From Escherichia phage vB_Eco_mar004NP2: a DNA stretch of 64,000 nt. Every line of letters begins with the position of its first letter. Positions within the stretch are counted from its first letter, which is position 1. The stretch is from the sequence record NC_048205.1; one strand, given 5' to 3'. Position numbers and translations under genes: made by a program. Below, piece after piece: positions 54,794 to 64,000 of this stretch. The notes under the pieces are model-generated. The model was not told the origin of the DNA. It did no database searches and was given only the letters and a program-made list of their open reading frames with translations.

Positions 54794-56129
54794 ATGCAAT
54801 TTTAGCTAATTGAACTGCTTTCTCAGGAGTCATGGTAATAGTTTTCCACCCATTGTTACGATATACTGCCATACGTCCAGAAGCCTGCCTTAGTCCAGTG
54901 CCACCTTTCATAATTAGATCTACAACAATAGGGTCGAGTTTACCATCGACAATACGTTGAACACGTCCTGCAAGCTGTTCAATGAGAGATTCATTATTAA
55001 TGAGGCTTCCCATTATTAAACAAGACAGCTCATTAAGGGAAATACCTTCAGAGAAGATACTTTGAGCTGCTGCAAGTACACAAGGCCCACCTTTTGCTAT
55101 ATCTTCCTGAATTTTTAATCGGTCATCCAAGTGAGTTGCCCCTATAATTTCATATGTTGTAACACCACGTTGTGCAAGAGCTTCTAGTACTGTTTGGATT
55201 AACTCTGTTCTATCACTTACAATGAGTACTTTATGTCCCATATTCACATATAAATGTGCTAGGTTTATAATAGTTTCTCGATATTCAGGATGATTATACA
55301 CATCATTAGCACGTAATGCCCACGGTACGTTTTGGTTTCCAGACAACTCAACTGGTACGGAGTACCTGTGGATTGTAGGTGCAACAGTATTATTAACCGG
55401 TGGGCTAAAGATCTTATATCCAAAGAAATCTTTGAACATAACTTGTAGACCATCTTTACGTTTTAATGTTCCAGATAGCCCAATCTTATAGCGAGCACAT
55501 GATATTTCTAGGAAGTTAGTGAAAGTTGTAGCCACACAATGGTGAACTTCATCAACTATAACAGTACCGAATACTTTAGAAAGATTATTCGCATGTTTAT
55601 TCACTGTTTGAATATTACTGACTACAATTGGTGGATCAATATTGTATTTCCCAGAACCTATAATACCTGGCTCAAATCCAAACCATTTACGAACTTCTGC
55701 TGCCCACATCTCACGAATAGATGTGTTAGTACAAATTACCAGAGTTTTCTGGCCAAATTTATACGCAAGTGCAAGGGCTAGGATAGTTTTGCCAAATCCA
55801 GGCTTACCATTAATAATACAGGTATCATCACACTCTTCATATATTGGGAGCTGGTCTTCTTCACGCAGCTTGAACTTAGGTTTTGGTATATCTACCGGAG
55901 CTAATGTGCGTTTATCGACTAATTCGTATTTTACTCCTTTAGCATCTAGTAAGTCCAGACGCGTAATAGGAATCCACTTAATCTCTTTGGCAACAACACC
56001 ACTATTCTTATACATAATAGGGTATTTACTAGTCATTGTCTCAATGTGATAAGTGGTTTGCTTACTACAATAATCCCAAAGTTCATCATCGGGCTTGAAA
56101 TAGGCTTTATTAGATATAACAACCTTCAT
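54777..56129 (-). CDS. superfamily 2 DNA helicase (DExH)
   Basis: Walker A GKPGFGKT, VIVDEVHH motif; 450 aa. Confidence 0.8.
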   Translation of the reverse strand: MKVVISNKAYFKPDDELWDYCSKQTTYHIETMTSKYPIMYKNSGVVAKEIKWIPITRLDLLDAKGVKYELVDKRTLAPVDIPKPKFKLREEDQLPIYEECDDTCIINGKPGFGKTILALALAYKFGQKTLVICTNTSIREMWAAEVRKWFGFEPGIIGSGKYNIDPPIVVSNIQTVNKHANNLSKVFGTVIVDEVHHCVATTFTNFLEISCARYKIGLSGTLKRKDGLQVMFKDFFGYKIFSPPVNNTVAPTIHRYSVPVELSGNQNVPWALRANDVYNHPEYRETIINLAHLYVNMGHKVLIVSDRTELIQTVLEALAQRGVTTYEIIGATHLDDRLKIQEDIAKGGPCVLAAAQSIFSEGISLNELSCLIMGSLINNESLIEQLAGRVQRIVDGKLDPIVVDLIMKGGTGLRQASGRMAVYRNNGWKTITMTPEKAVQLAKIAFGNSS

Positions 56130-56623
56130 AATTTTATTCTAAGTCTAGGAATTTCAGGCTCCTCTTGATGGACTTGATAAATAACAGGGCTATTATTTAC
56201 CAGAATATAGCTTATATAAGCTGGAACATAGGATAATACAAATGGATAAGGAACTTTAGCCACATAGCATTGGTATTTTCCATTATAAATTCTAGCTGAA
56301 TGCAAAACTTTAGAGGTGACAACATCATAGAACGTAGTTTTCTTCCAGTTAATAAGATTTCCATCAGAATCTATAAATTGGCTACGCTTTGACCCAACTA
56401 ATTGAGACAACATTGATATTCTACCTCTAATAGGGTAGAGCTTGTATGGTAATTCTTTCCGTTTCTCAAATAGAATAAGTCTACGTTGAGAAAACGTGCC
56501 AGGCAACTTCCTGTTATCTAGCACATATTTATTATATCTTGTTGTAATTACGGAATAATCACCTTCTTGCTCAATTGATACAAACGCCCGTAAAGCATAT
56601 ACGGGCAATTTGAAATTAAGCAC
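56126..56623 (-). CDS. hypothetical protein (165 aa)
   Basis: ORF coupled between polymerase and helicase. Confidence 0.5.
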   Translation of the reverse strand: MLNFKLPVYALRAFVSIEQEGDYSVITTRYNKYVLDNRKLPGTFSQRRLILFEKRKELPYKLYPIRGRISMLSQLVGSKRSQFIDSDGNLINWKKTTFYDVVTSKVLHSARIYNGKYQCYVAKVPYPFVLSYVPAYISYILVNNSPVIYQVHQEEPEIPRLRIKL

Positions 56624-59183
56624 CGAGAATCCTTCTCACGTTATCCAAATCTTTACATATAGCAATAAACTTATCATCCTTGTACTTGCTATGATCTGGA
56701 TGCTCTTTATCCATTGCAGCTAGTTTCTTATACTCGAACTCTGCATCAAGTAATACACCCTTGACATAACGAGTATATTCATCATCATCAATACAAGCGA
56801 TTGATGGGTGCTGTTTCTTCATCTTACCACAAGAATAGTCACGAGAACCTCCTGCTTCAGAATCTGAATCAATACCAATCGGACAGCCAGGAATACTAAT
56901 ACCACGGTCTTTCTGAATATTACGAATCAGGATTTCATTGTATTGGTCGATCAAGTCTTCACGAACAATAGCAACTACGGAGTCATGAACTAGCATAACA
57001 ATCTTCATCTCTTGTTCTAGGCCAAGAGAAATGATCTCATTATCTGCATCTACAGCACCTAAAAGGAGACTGTCGGAAGAAGCAGACTGAATGATTGCGT
57101 TAAATCCAGAACGGATTTCTTCACCCTGAACACCACGGTCTTCGGAATGGATATTATGCAGACGACGTTTACGACCAAAGTGACTATAGATAAATCCATG
57201 ATTCTTGATCTGGTCGTGACACTTATCAATCCAACGCTTAAGCTGCGGGAACTGACCGAAGTAAGTTTCGATATAGTCCTTCGCATCCGCAACAGTACAC
57301 TCTACAAACGGTTCACCTGTCTTAGCAGCCTGTTCCAGAAGAGCTTCGTTAACAGAATGAGCTACTTTAGCCGGGCCAGAACCATACAGAATACCAAAGG
57401 TGATTGCTTTAGCAGCCTGACGCAGAGCTGGGAATAACTTTTTAACATCACGAGGCTCGCATTGGAGTTTAAATACCATGTGTGCGATGTTAGAGTGGAA
57501 GTCAGGGTATTTATCAGGTTCATTTCTCATGTTGATAAATACTTGTTGCATATTTCTATCACCAGATAGAACAGCAGCATAATAAACTTCCGCAGTTGTT
57601 AAGTCCCATGCAATTACACGATACCCGGGAGGAGCTACTACACAACCCTTGATAATAGATTCATCACGAGGTAACTGTTGCAGGTTCAGTTTACCAGAAG
57701 AACTCAGACGACCAGAAGTAGTCATATGTTCATGGAAACCAGTACGAATGCAACCATCTGCATCAATACTCAGAAGAATCTTCTCAACATAAGTAGAGAT
57801 CAGCTTAGTCAGCTTACGAATCTCTAGTAGAGTCTTAGCAATTGGATGCTGCGTAGCCAGTTCATTCAGAGCTTCTGCATCTGTAGAGTCTGCCCCAGTA
57901 TCCGTCAATTTACCTGTTGGAGTTAAGCCAACATAATCAAACAGAAGAACACGCAGTTGCTTAACAGAGTTTGGGTTAAACGCCTCGTTCTGGTCTTTTT
58001 CTAGCTGAACGACTTCTGGATAAGTATACAGTTTCTCACGAGCCTTATTCAGATTATGGGTTAACTGGTACTGAGCTTCTTTTAAACGATCAATAGAAAT
58101 AGGTACACCACGATCCTCAACACGCTGGAGAAATACACAACCAGGCATTAGGACATCATAATACAGACTGCAAAGTTTTTCATTCTTCTCAATTTTTGGT
58201 AAGAAGAAGTTGTGCAAACGTATGGTGGCATCGGTATCTTTTGCAGCGTAAGGCCACATAATATCAAACGGAATTAAATCATAGGTGAAATCTTCTTTCT
58301 TGATTTTATGTGCTTTGCAGTAATCCTCCTTGAACTTATCTAGTTCAAAGTCATAGTCGCCCATATCGGTATACTTCATTGCTAGAGATTTCAAGCCATG
58401 AGTACCACGACGCTCATCTAGAACATAATGCTGCAACATGGTATCATGGAGCCTGCGTTCTTTATGTGCTTTATCAAAAGTAAGTCCCAGATGGTACTTA
58501 TAAAAGTGCATATCAAACTTCAAGTTGTGAAAAACAATAGTGTGGTTTTCACTATCCAGAATTTTCTGGAGATAATATACTGCAACCTCTGTGAGACAAT
58601 CAGAATCGATATATACACCCTGATACTCTTGGTGAGACATAGAAACACCAAGCAGATAACCATCTCGACAGTATAGTGCTGAGGTTTCGGAGTCGAATGC
58701 GACAGGTCCGATAACCATATTATACACCATCTTGATATATTCTTCCGCCTCGTCAGGGTCAGTAATAGGACGGTAATCACCAGCTTTTGCAATCTTCTCA
58801 CGACCATTGATAATATCGTGGATATTCTCTACTGTTGCATCGAAAACTGGTTTCATTTCAGGCTTAAAGTGTAACTGGGCGGGGCTGATACTCGCAATCC
58901 AGTTAGCATATCCATTATACTCTACACGTTTACCAGTATAGTCACCAATGCCTTTCTTACCTGCAAAGTACAGGAAAGGCTCGGCACCTACCAGTATAAC
59001 AAAATCATAATCATTCGGGTCAAATGGGTTTTCCGGAGTCCCGATAGTAATATGCTTTTTGAGCAAACGACCGGATAACTTCTCGTTACACATATGGAAT
59101 ACATCAACTTCCTCGCCGTATAGCTGGAAATGTTTATCATAACGAGTGTTATTTAGAGCTTTATCAACTACTGCGATTTTCAA
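56616..59183 (-). CDS. DNA polymerase, family A, with 3'-5' exonuclease domain
   Basis: 855 aa; motifs FDSETS and ITFGILYGSG; apparent TTG start with GGAGA RBS. Confidence 0.85.
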   Translation of the reverse strand: MKIAVVDKALNNTRYDKHFQLYGEEVDVFHMCNEKLSGRLLKKHITIGTPENPFDPNDYDFVILVGAEPFLYFAGKKGIGDYTGKRVEYNGYANWIASISPAQLHFKPEMKPVFDATVENIHDIINGREKIAKAGDYRPITDPDEAEEYIKMVYNMVIGPVAFDSETSALYCRDGYLLGVSMSHQEYQGVYIDSDCLTEVAVYYLQKILDSENHTIVFHNLKFDMHFYKYHLGLTFDKAHKERRLHDTMLQHYVLDERRGTHGLKSLAMKYTDMGDYDFELDKFKEDYCKAHKIKKEDFTYDLIPFDIMWPYAAKDTDATIRLHNFFLPKIEKNEKLCSLYYDVLMPGCVFLQRVEDRGVPISIDRLKEAQYQLTHNLNKAREKLYTYPEVVQLEKDQNEAFNPNSVKQLRVLLFDYVGLTPTGKLTDTGADSTDAEALNELATQHPIAKTLLEIRKLTKLISTYVEKILLSIDADGCIRTGFHEHMTTSGRLSSSGKLNLQQLPRDESIIKGCVVAPPGYRVIAWDLTTAEVYYAAVLSGDRNMQQVFINMRNEPDKYPDFHSNIAHMVFKLQCEPRDVKKLFPALRQAAKAITFGILYGSGPAKVAHSVNEALLEQAAKTGEPFVECTVADAKDYIETYFGQFPQLKRWIDKCHDQIKNHGFIYSHFGRKRRLHNIHSEDRGVQGEEIRSGFNAIIQSASSDSLLLGAVDADNEIISLGLEQEMKIVMLVHDSVVAIVREDLIDQYNEILIRNIQKDRGISIPGCPIGIDSDSEAGGSRDYSCGKMKKQHPSIACIDDDEYTRYVKGVLLDAEFEYKKLAAMDKEHPDHSKYKDDKFIAICKDLDNVRRILGA

Positions 59184-59276
59184 ATTTAATCTCCTCTTGG
59201 TAAGTAAGTATAACTTCAGTGTTTCTTCTCTAACTTACCAATATATTATATCAAAATATTGGGATAATAGCAAATA

Positions 59277-59606
59277 CTATTTATAGGTGTGAAGTAATTT
59301 ACGCATTTCATTGCGCTGCTTTTCTAGTACCCGAAATTCTTCATCTATACGCAGAAAAGCATCTAGCGCTTTCATAGATTGCTCAGTATTTTCTACAACA
59401 GCCCAATCATATGTTAGGTATACCTCTTGACCTGTATCTTTTACTTTAAAGTAAATATAAGATGCAGGTAATTTAGGATCACCAAATAAATGGAAATTCT
59501 TTCGTTTATTAAGGGACTCCAGTGTTGTAAACCGCTCTAGTTTAACCTCTTTGTGTGTTACACTATCATACACTGGAACATCCGCATAAATATATACATA
59601 TTCCAT
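59277..59606 (-). CDS. hypothetical protein (109 aa)
   Basis: ORF. Confidence 0.5.
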   Translation of the reverse strand: MEYVYIYADVPVYDSVTHKEVKLERFTTLESLNKRKNFHLFGDPKLPASYIYFKVKDTGQEVYLTYDWAVVENTEQSMKALDAFLRIDEEFRVLEKQRNEMRKLLHTYK

Positions 59607-59632
59607 AGTAGCTCCTCAGTTATTTAGGACTA

Positions 59633-60523
59633 TTATACCAAATCTTTAAGCGATTCAGCAACTAAAATTTCAATACGTTTTGCTAACATATCAATTTCAT
59701 CTTTGTTTAAATCACCTGGATCTTTGCCTTCAGGTAGGAGAAAGTTAGCAACTACAGGTGTTAAACGCGTTTTTGTACGAATTAGCTTAGCCAATGCTTG
59801 TGCAGCTTTATTACCAGAAGCATCATTATCTAGTAAGATAACAACAACTTTTACACCAGCAATAATATAAGGACTGAACTTATCTGCAATGTTATCCGAA
59901 GTAAACTGATGTGTACCAAAGCAGCAAGAAGCATAGTCTATACCATTATCCTCTAGGTTCAGCATATCAAAGATACCTTCAACTAGAATAAGAACTGGAG
60001 TATTATATCGTACAGGGAAAATCGGTGGTGAAACTTGTTTTGGTTTTACTAAGTATTTAGGAGGGGCAGAACTGTTTATAGAACGACCCAAAAATAGGAT
60101 ATTGCGTCCAACAGCATCTGTGATTGGGAATACAATTCTGCCTTCCCAGTCTGCTTGGTGTTGGAAAGCAAAATATTTCTTCAAGGTCTTAGAACTTATA
60201 CCTCGGAAATCACCTTCGAAAAGGTAAGCAGATTCAGGAATTGCAAGATTCGTAGATCCATTCCTAATCTCTGAAATCTTTTTACGTACCTGCGATAGTC
60301 TTGGAGACTGTCGGTACTGAGTCTCATTAAAATAATGGTAAATGCTCGGTATACCTTTACCGAAGCCACAACTCAAGCAGTGCATAATACCTGTTTCAGG
60401 GTCAATACGCAAACTTGGGTGTTTATCGTCATGATCTGGATTGAGACAACAGATGAGGATGTCCCCACCTGTGTCTTTATATTCAATGCCTTTCAGATCA
60501 AGTAGTTCTGTTATTCTACTCAT
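59633..60523 (-). CDS. DNA primase (zinc-binding plus TOPRIM)
   Basis: CCLNPDHDDKHPS..HCLSCG zinc motif; VILLDNDASG TOPRIM-like. Confidence 0.75.
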   Translation of the reverse strand: MSRITELLDLKGIEYKDTGGDILICCLNPDHDDKHPSLRIDPETGIMHCLSCGFGKGIPSIYHYFNETQYRQSPRLSQVRKKISEIRNGSTNLAIPESAYLFEGDFRGISSKTLKKYFAFQHQADWEGRIVFPITDAVGRNILFLGRSINSSAPPKYLVKPKQVSPPIFPVRYNTPVLILVEGIFDMLNLEDNGIDYASCCFGTHQFTSDNIADKFSPYIIAGVKVVVILLDNDASGNKAAQALAKLIRTKTRLTPVVANFLLPEGKDPGDLNKDEIDMLAKRIEILVAESLKDLV

Positions 60524-61992
60524 ATATCGCTGGCCTGTTCACCTGTTGAATTTTCAGCTTTGTCTTTCTTAGCACGTTTAGATTGAGCCGGCTTATCCTT
60601 CTCAATAGGGATAACGAACTCAGCTTCCATTTGAGATATATCTTCCATTGCTAGGTTGGTAGTGTTATCCATCCGCAGGGTTTCCCAGTTCATTTTAGGC
60701 ATAAACTTCACGCTATCAGAAGAACGAGTCTTAACGAAGTCAAACATAATAGCACCTTGACCATTATCAGCTTTTGCAGCATTAAGATTAGCAGCCATGT
60801 CTGCAGAATCAAGAATCCCCTTTGACATACGTGTTCTACCATCTTGATCGATCTGGTAAGGAGCTACACCAGCCACGTTATGTTTCTGGCAGATGGATTT
60901 GAAAGACGAGCTAACAACCATCTGTTCTTTCCAGTCATACATATCAATGGTTTTAGAGTCTGGAAGTCTGGTTTGGTTAATATAGTCCAGTAAAGCTACT
61001 GTAACTTTATCCCCATATCTAGCAACTAATTTATTTAATTCTACATCAACTGTTGTAATAGACAGCTCAGGGTCATAAACAATAATCATAGGAGTATGTA
61101 GCTCATACCCTTCTATTAGCTTACTCTCCATATCGTAGAAATCACTCATCTTAGCCATTGTGTACTGTTTAACGAAGTTGTCGAAAAGCTCTTCACCACC
61201 ATTAAACATTCTAGCTCTAGTTCTGGCTAATCTCAACAGAGCTGCACCTTCTAGAGTATTATTACGCATTGCTAGTGCTGATACACCAGCTAACATGGCT
61301 AGATTACGTCTAAATACTTCATGTTCTTTCATCTCAATTGAGAAGTATGGAGCAATATCTCCATTCAAATATTGCTGAACCTGTATGTTTGAACAGATAA
61401 TGGATTTACCAGTACCACGCCAACCACCAAGCAGTAACGTTTCTGTGCGAGCTAAACCAATTTGAGCGTCGAACTCATTACAAATACCAAGAGCGATTAA
61501 ATTCAGTTTGGTATCTTCTTCTCTCTGGAAAATACGCATGTTATCTGCGTTGAATACTTTTCCAGTATTCGTTACTTTCTCTTCTAATTTTAAGTGAAGG
61601 GAGGCAACTCGGTTGAGAATTTCTCCCTGATCCAGCATTGTTAAATCTTGAAGCACGTCTGTTTCTAGAAGCTTCAGGAATAAATCCTGTGTATATTCAG
61701 CCTCTAGGACTTCAAGTGCCTGTTCCATGCTCACTTCTGGAATTTGAGTGTTAGCTAAGACGACTAGAGCTTGAGAAAGGCGGGCGTTTCTATTAGCTTC
61801 AAGCATAAGTGCGTCAATGGACGGCATTGTGTTATATTTTTTATAATAATTCTGGACGGCTTGGTAAATTGAGGAGAAAGCGTCATTAAAATGATCTTTA
61901 TGCAGTTTTGAGAATGTTTCCAATGCTATTTGCTTCTGTTCGGAAGCTAGAAGCATCTTCAACACTACAGCTTGCACGTTAAACAAGGTCAT
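60520..61992 (-). CDS. replicative helicase/RecA-fold ATPase (DnaB-like)
   Basis: Walker A GGWRGTGKS; start trimmed to MTLFNV with RBS AAAGGAGA. Confidence 0.65.
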   Translation of the reverse strand: MTLFNVQAVVLKMLLASEQKQIALETFSKLHKDHFNDAFSSIYQAVQNYYKKYNTMPSIDALMLEANRNARLSQALVVLANTQIPEVSMEQALEVLEAEYTQDLFLKLLETDVLQDLTMLDQGEILNRVASLHLKLEEKVTNTGKVFNADNMRIFQREEDTKLNLIALGICNEFDAQIGLARTETLLLGGWRGTGKSIICSNIQVQQYLNGDIAPYFSIEMKEHEVFRRNLAMLAGVSALAMRNNTLEGAALLRLARTRARMFNGGEELFDNFVKQYTMAKMSDFYDMESKLIEGYELHTPMIIVYDPELSITTVDVELNKLVARYGDKVTVALLDYINQTRLPDSKTIDMYDWKEQMVVSSSFKSICQKHNVAGVAPYQIDQDGRTRMSKGILDSADMAANLNAAKADNGQGAIMFDFVKTRSSDSVKFMPKMNWETLRMDNTTNLAMEDISQMEAEFVIPIEKDKPAQSKRAKKDKAENSTGEQASDI

Positions 61993-62027
61993 TCTCCTTT
62001 GCACGCTTTCGTGCCTTCTAAATGCAA

Positions 62028-62058
62028 AAAGGGGAAGGAGCATAGCCCCCTCCCCTTA
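62028..62058 (-). terminator. terminator-like hairpin on minus strand
   Basis: GGGGAAGGAG..CCCCCTCCCC imperfect stem, followed on minus strand by TTTTTGC. Confidence 0.45.
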
Positions 62059-62074
62059 GGTTTAATTTACCAGA

Positions 62075-62842
62075 TTATTCAGCAGCCGCAGCTTTTGCAT
62101 CCAGTTTAGCACGCTTAGCGGCACCATCATAGTCCTTAGCAACCAGACCACGACGAGACAGCATAGATTTAACACCACGCTCAGACTTGCCAGTTTTCTC
62201 AGCGATCTCAGCAACAGTCATGTTAACCAGATCCAGACCCTCTAACAGATCTTCACGAGTTTTAGCACTTGAGGTTTCCTGTACCGGCATAGCCGCGATA
62301 CGACCTTCACGAAGCAGGCTCAGAGCTTTACCACGGATCTGCTTGATATTACGACCGAAGTGAGCAGCGATAGCTTCAATAGTAGCACCAGCAACAACCT
62401 GATTAACAAAATCAGTTTCTTCATCCGGAGTGAAGGAACGAACAGCAGCAGCTTTTTCGGTTGGCTTAACAGAAGCGGTCATTTCCAGACTCAGAATCTT
62501 ACCCTGTACCTGTTTAGCACCGAACTGACCACCAGCTACAGCAGCAGCGATTTCAGCATAGGTATACTGACCAGCATGAGCGTTCAGGAAATCAACCAGT
62601 TCAGCTTCCTGCTCAGGAGTCCACGGGGATTTCTGTACTTCGTTAGCTTTTTGTACTTCAAAACCTTCTTTACGCAGCTTAGAGCCAACAGAGCGAGCGG
62701 TAACGTCTTTGCCAGTTTCAGCAGCCAGTTCAGCAGCGATAGCAGCTACTTGTTCTTGAGAGATTACAGCAACACCCAGAGCAGTGGCTTTTGCTTTCAG
62801 AGACTCGGTTACACCTTCTACGTTCCAGTTCAGTTTAGACAT
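62075..62842 (-). CDS. putative DNA-binding protein, Ala/Lys-rich (255 aa)
   Basis: ORF; helix-rich; function positional guess. Confidence 0.5.
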   Translation of the reverse strand: MSKLNWNVEGVTESLKAKATALGVAVISQEQVAAIAAELAAETGKDVTARSVGSKLRKEGFEVQKANEVQKSPWTPEQEAELVDFLNAHAGQYTYAEIAAAVAGGQFGAKQVQGKILSLEMTASVKPTEKAAAVRSFTPDEETDFVNQVVAGATIEAIAAHFGRNIKQIRGKALSLLREGRIAAMPVQETSSAKTREDLLEGLDLVNMTVAEIAEKTGKSERGVKSMLSRRGLVAKDYDGAAKRAKLDAKAAAAE

Positions 62843-63617
62843 TATTATTTTTCTCCAATAGTTCTTTAATCGACAGGATTTCTATCCCATTCGTTTCGGC
62901 TTTCTTATAAGATGAGGAAGAACGTTTTGATTCATCCTCACAGATTAGGTATTTGACGTCTTTAGTAACTGATTTCTTAACCGTATACCCTAGACCTTCT
63001 AAATAGTTTGTTGCATCCGTTCGATTTGCAAAATCTTGCAAAGATCCGGTAATACATACCGCGATTCCATTTGGCTGGGCAACTAATTCATCTGTAATGA
63101 TGACGTCAGCTTTAGTGCCCTTAATACCAGTTGAAAATTTCCACGGTAGTTCGATAACATCCTTGCCTTGTGGGGAATTTAGCCAGGCTTTGTAATTTTC
63201 TCCAGCCTTGCCGTCAGCCTTCACATCATGGAAGCTAGTGCAATTTTGGGATAATTTCTTTGCTGCAACCTCTCCAATTAGAGGGATTCCTAAAGAACCG
63301 AGAACTGAACCAAAGTCAATGTCTCCGCGAACTTTAGTATTTAATTCGCTAATTAACTTAGCGGCAACCTTGCTACCCACGGCTCTAACCAAATCTTCTT
63401 CGGTTAGGTAAAATAGTTCTGAAATCTTCGTCAGCTCCAGCTTCTCAATAGTTTTTGGGCCAAAGCCCTTTAACTTCATTTTTGAACAGAAGTTCTCAAT
63501 TAACTTACTTGATTGCGCTGGACAGTTGGACTTATTCCGACAGAATAATTGTCCGTTGACAAGATCTAGCTTAGAACCACAAGAGGGACATTGTGTTGGA
63601 ATTTCGATTTTCATCAA
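62835..63617 (-). CDS. NAD-dependent DNA ligase, C-terminal subunit (zinc finger, HhH, BRCT-like)
   Basis: N-terminal CPSCGS..C..C zinc motif aligns with LigA zinc finger; 260 aa. Confidence 0.6.
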   Translation of the reverse strand: MMKIEIPTQCPSCGSKLDLVNGQLFCRNKSNCPAQSSKLIENFCSKMKLKGFGPKTIEKLELTKISELFYLTEEDLVRAVGSKVAAKLISELNTKVRGDIDFGSVLGSLGIPLIGEVAAKKLSQNCTSFHDVKADGKAGENYKAWLNSPQGKDVIELPWKFSTGIKGTKADVIITDELVAQPNGIAVCITGSLQDFANRTDATNYLEGLGYTVKKSVTKDVKYLICEDESKRSSSSYKKAETNGIEILSIKELLEKNNNV

Positions 63618-63644
63618 ATTTCTTCCTTATCAATTTATATAAAT

Positions 63645-63673
63645 ATTATAGCAAGTATTTAAGCATTTAGCAA
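63645..63673 (-). promoter_or_regulatory. sigma70-type promoter TTGCTA-N17-TATAAT (minus strand)
   Basis: reverse complement read directly; between the two ligase ORFs. Confidence 0.55.
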
Positions 63674-63774
63674 CTACAATTTTAACTAACTTTGCTTACC
63701 CTCGCCATAACTTTCTATCCCTCAACTGAATGATAATAGTATATACCTAAGCGGCGAAAATGTCAATAACCACT

Positions 63775-64000
63775 TTATAATTCCGATATGGTAGATGGGT
63801 AGCAAAGGGTTATGTATTAATCGTATACTCGCTCTACTATACACGGGATTACACCACCAGCACGAATCACTCGAATCTGGCAACCGATCTCTAGATCGAG
63901 AGAGTTAATATAATCAACGTTATTAAGAGTCGCCTTAACAATTGTAGCATCATCAATAATTACCGGTTCGAAATAGCCAACTGGAGTTACTTTACCAGAA
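63775..64000 (-). CDS. NAD-dependent DNA ligase, N-terminal subunit (3' end only; 5' end beyond window)
   Basis: hand translation gives OB-domain segment [37 protein letters not shown], then 22 unrelated residues and a stop. Confidence 0.5.

Overview
This window reads as a T5-like (Tequintavirus-type) siphophage genome segment, judged from gene order, protein sizes and motifs read by eye; no database search was run. Layout: (1) 1-9030, a plus-strand early module of small genes driven by strong sigma70-type promoters, including a Ser/Thr phosphatase; (2) 9030-10790 and 13736-14880, two repeat-rich non-coding tracts with eight same-strand 14-bp iterons, clustered AATGAGA..TCTCATT palindromes, DnaA boxes and ~110-bp inverted repeats, which bracket a 3.5-kb cassette of seven uncharacterised minus-strand genes; (3) 14880-19650, a plus-strand pre-early-like operon with A1-like, HAD-type dmp-like and small genes; (4) 19799-20897, four translationally coupled tiny membrane-protein genes plus an Llp-like lipoprotein, divergent from a 585-aa pb5-like receptor-binding protein; (5) 20983-48812, the full plus-strand morphogenesis module (terminase, homing-endonuclease island, portal, decoration, protease, major capsid, tail tube, tape measure, Dit, hub, two tail fibres); (6) 48869-64000, the minus-strand replication module (dUTPase, flap endonuclease, SbcCD-like, helicases, family A polymerase, primase, split NAD-ligase). 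The late-to-pre-early-to-early order implies the terminal repeat is collapsed to one copy in this assembly. The most unusual content is the iteron/palindrome/DnaA-box architecture and the inverted-repeat-bounded cassette in the putative first-step-transfer region; I could not identify a named defence or anti-defence system from sequence alone.
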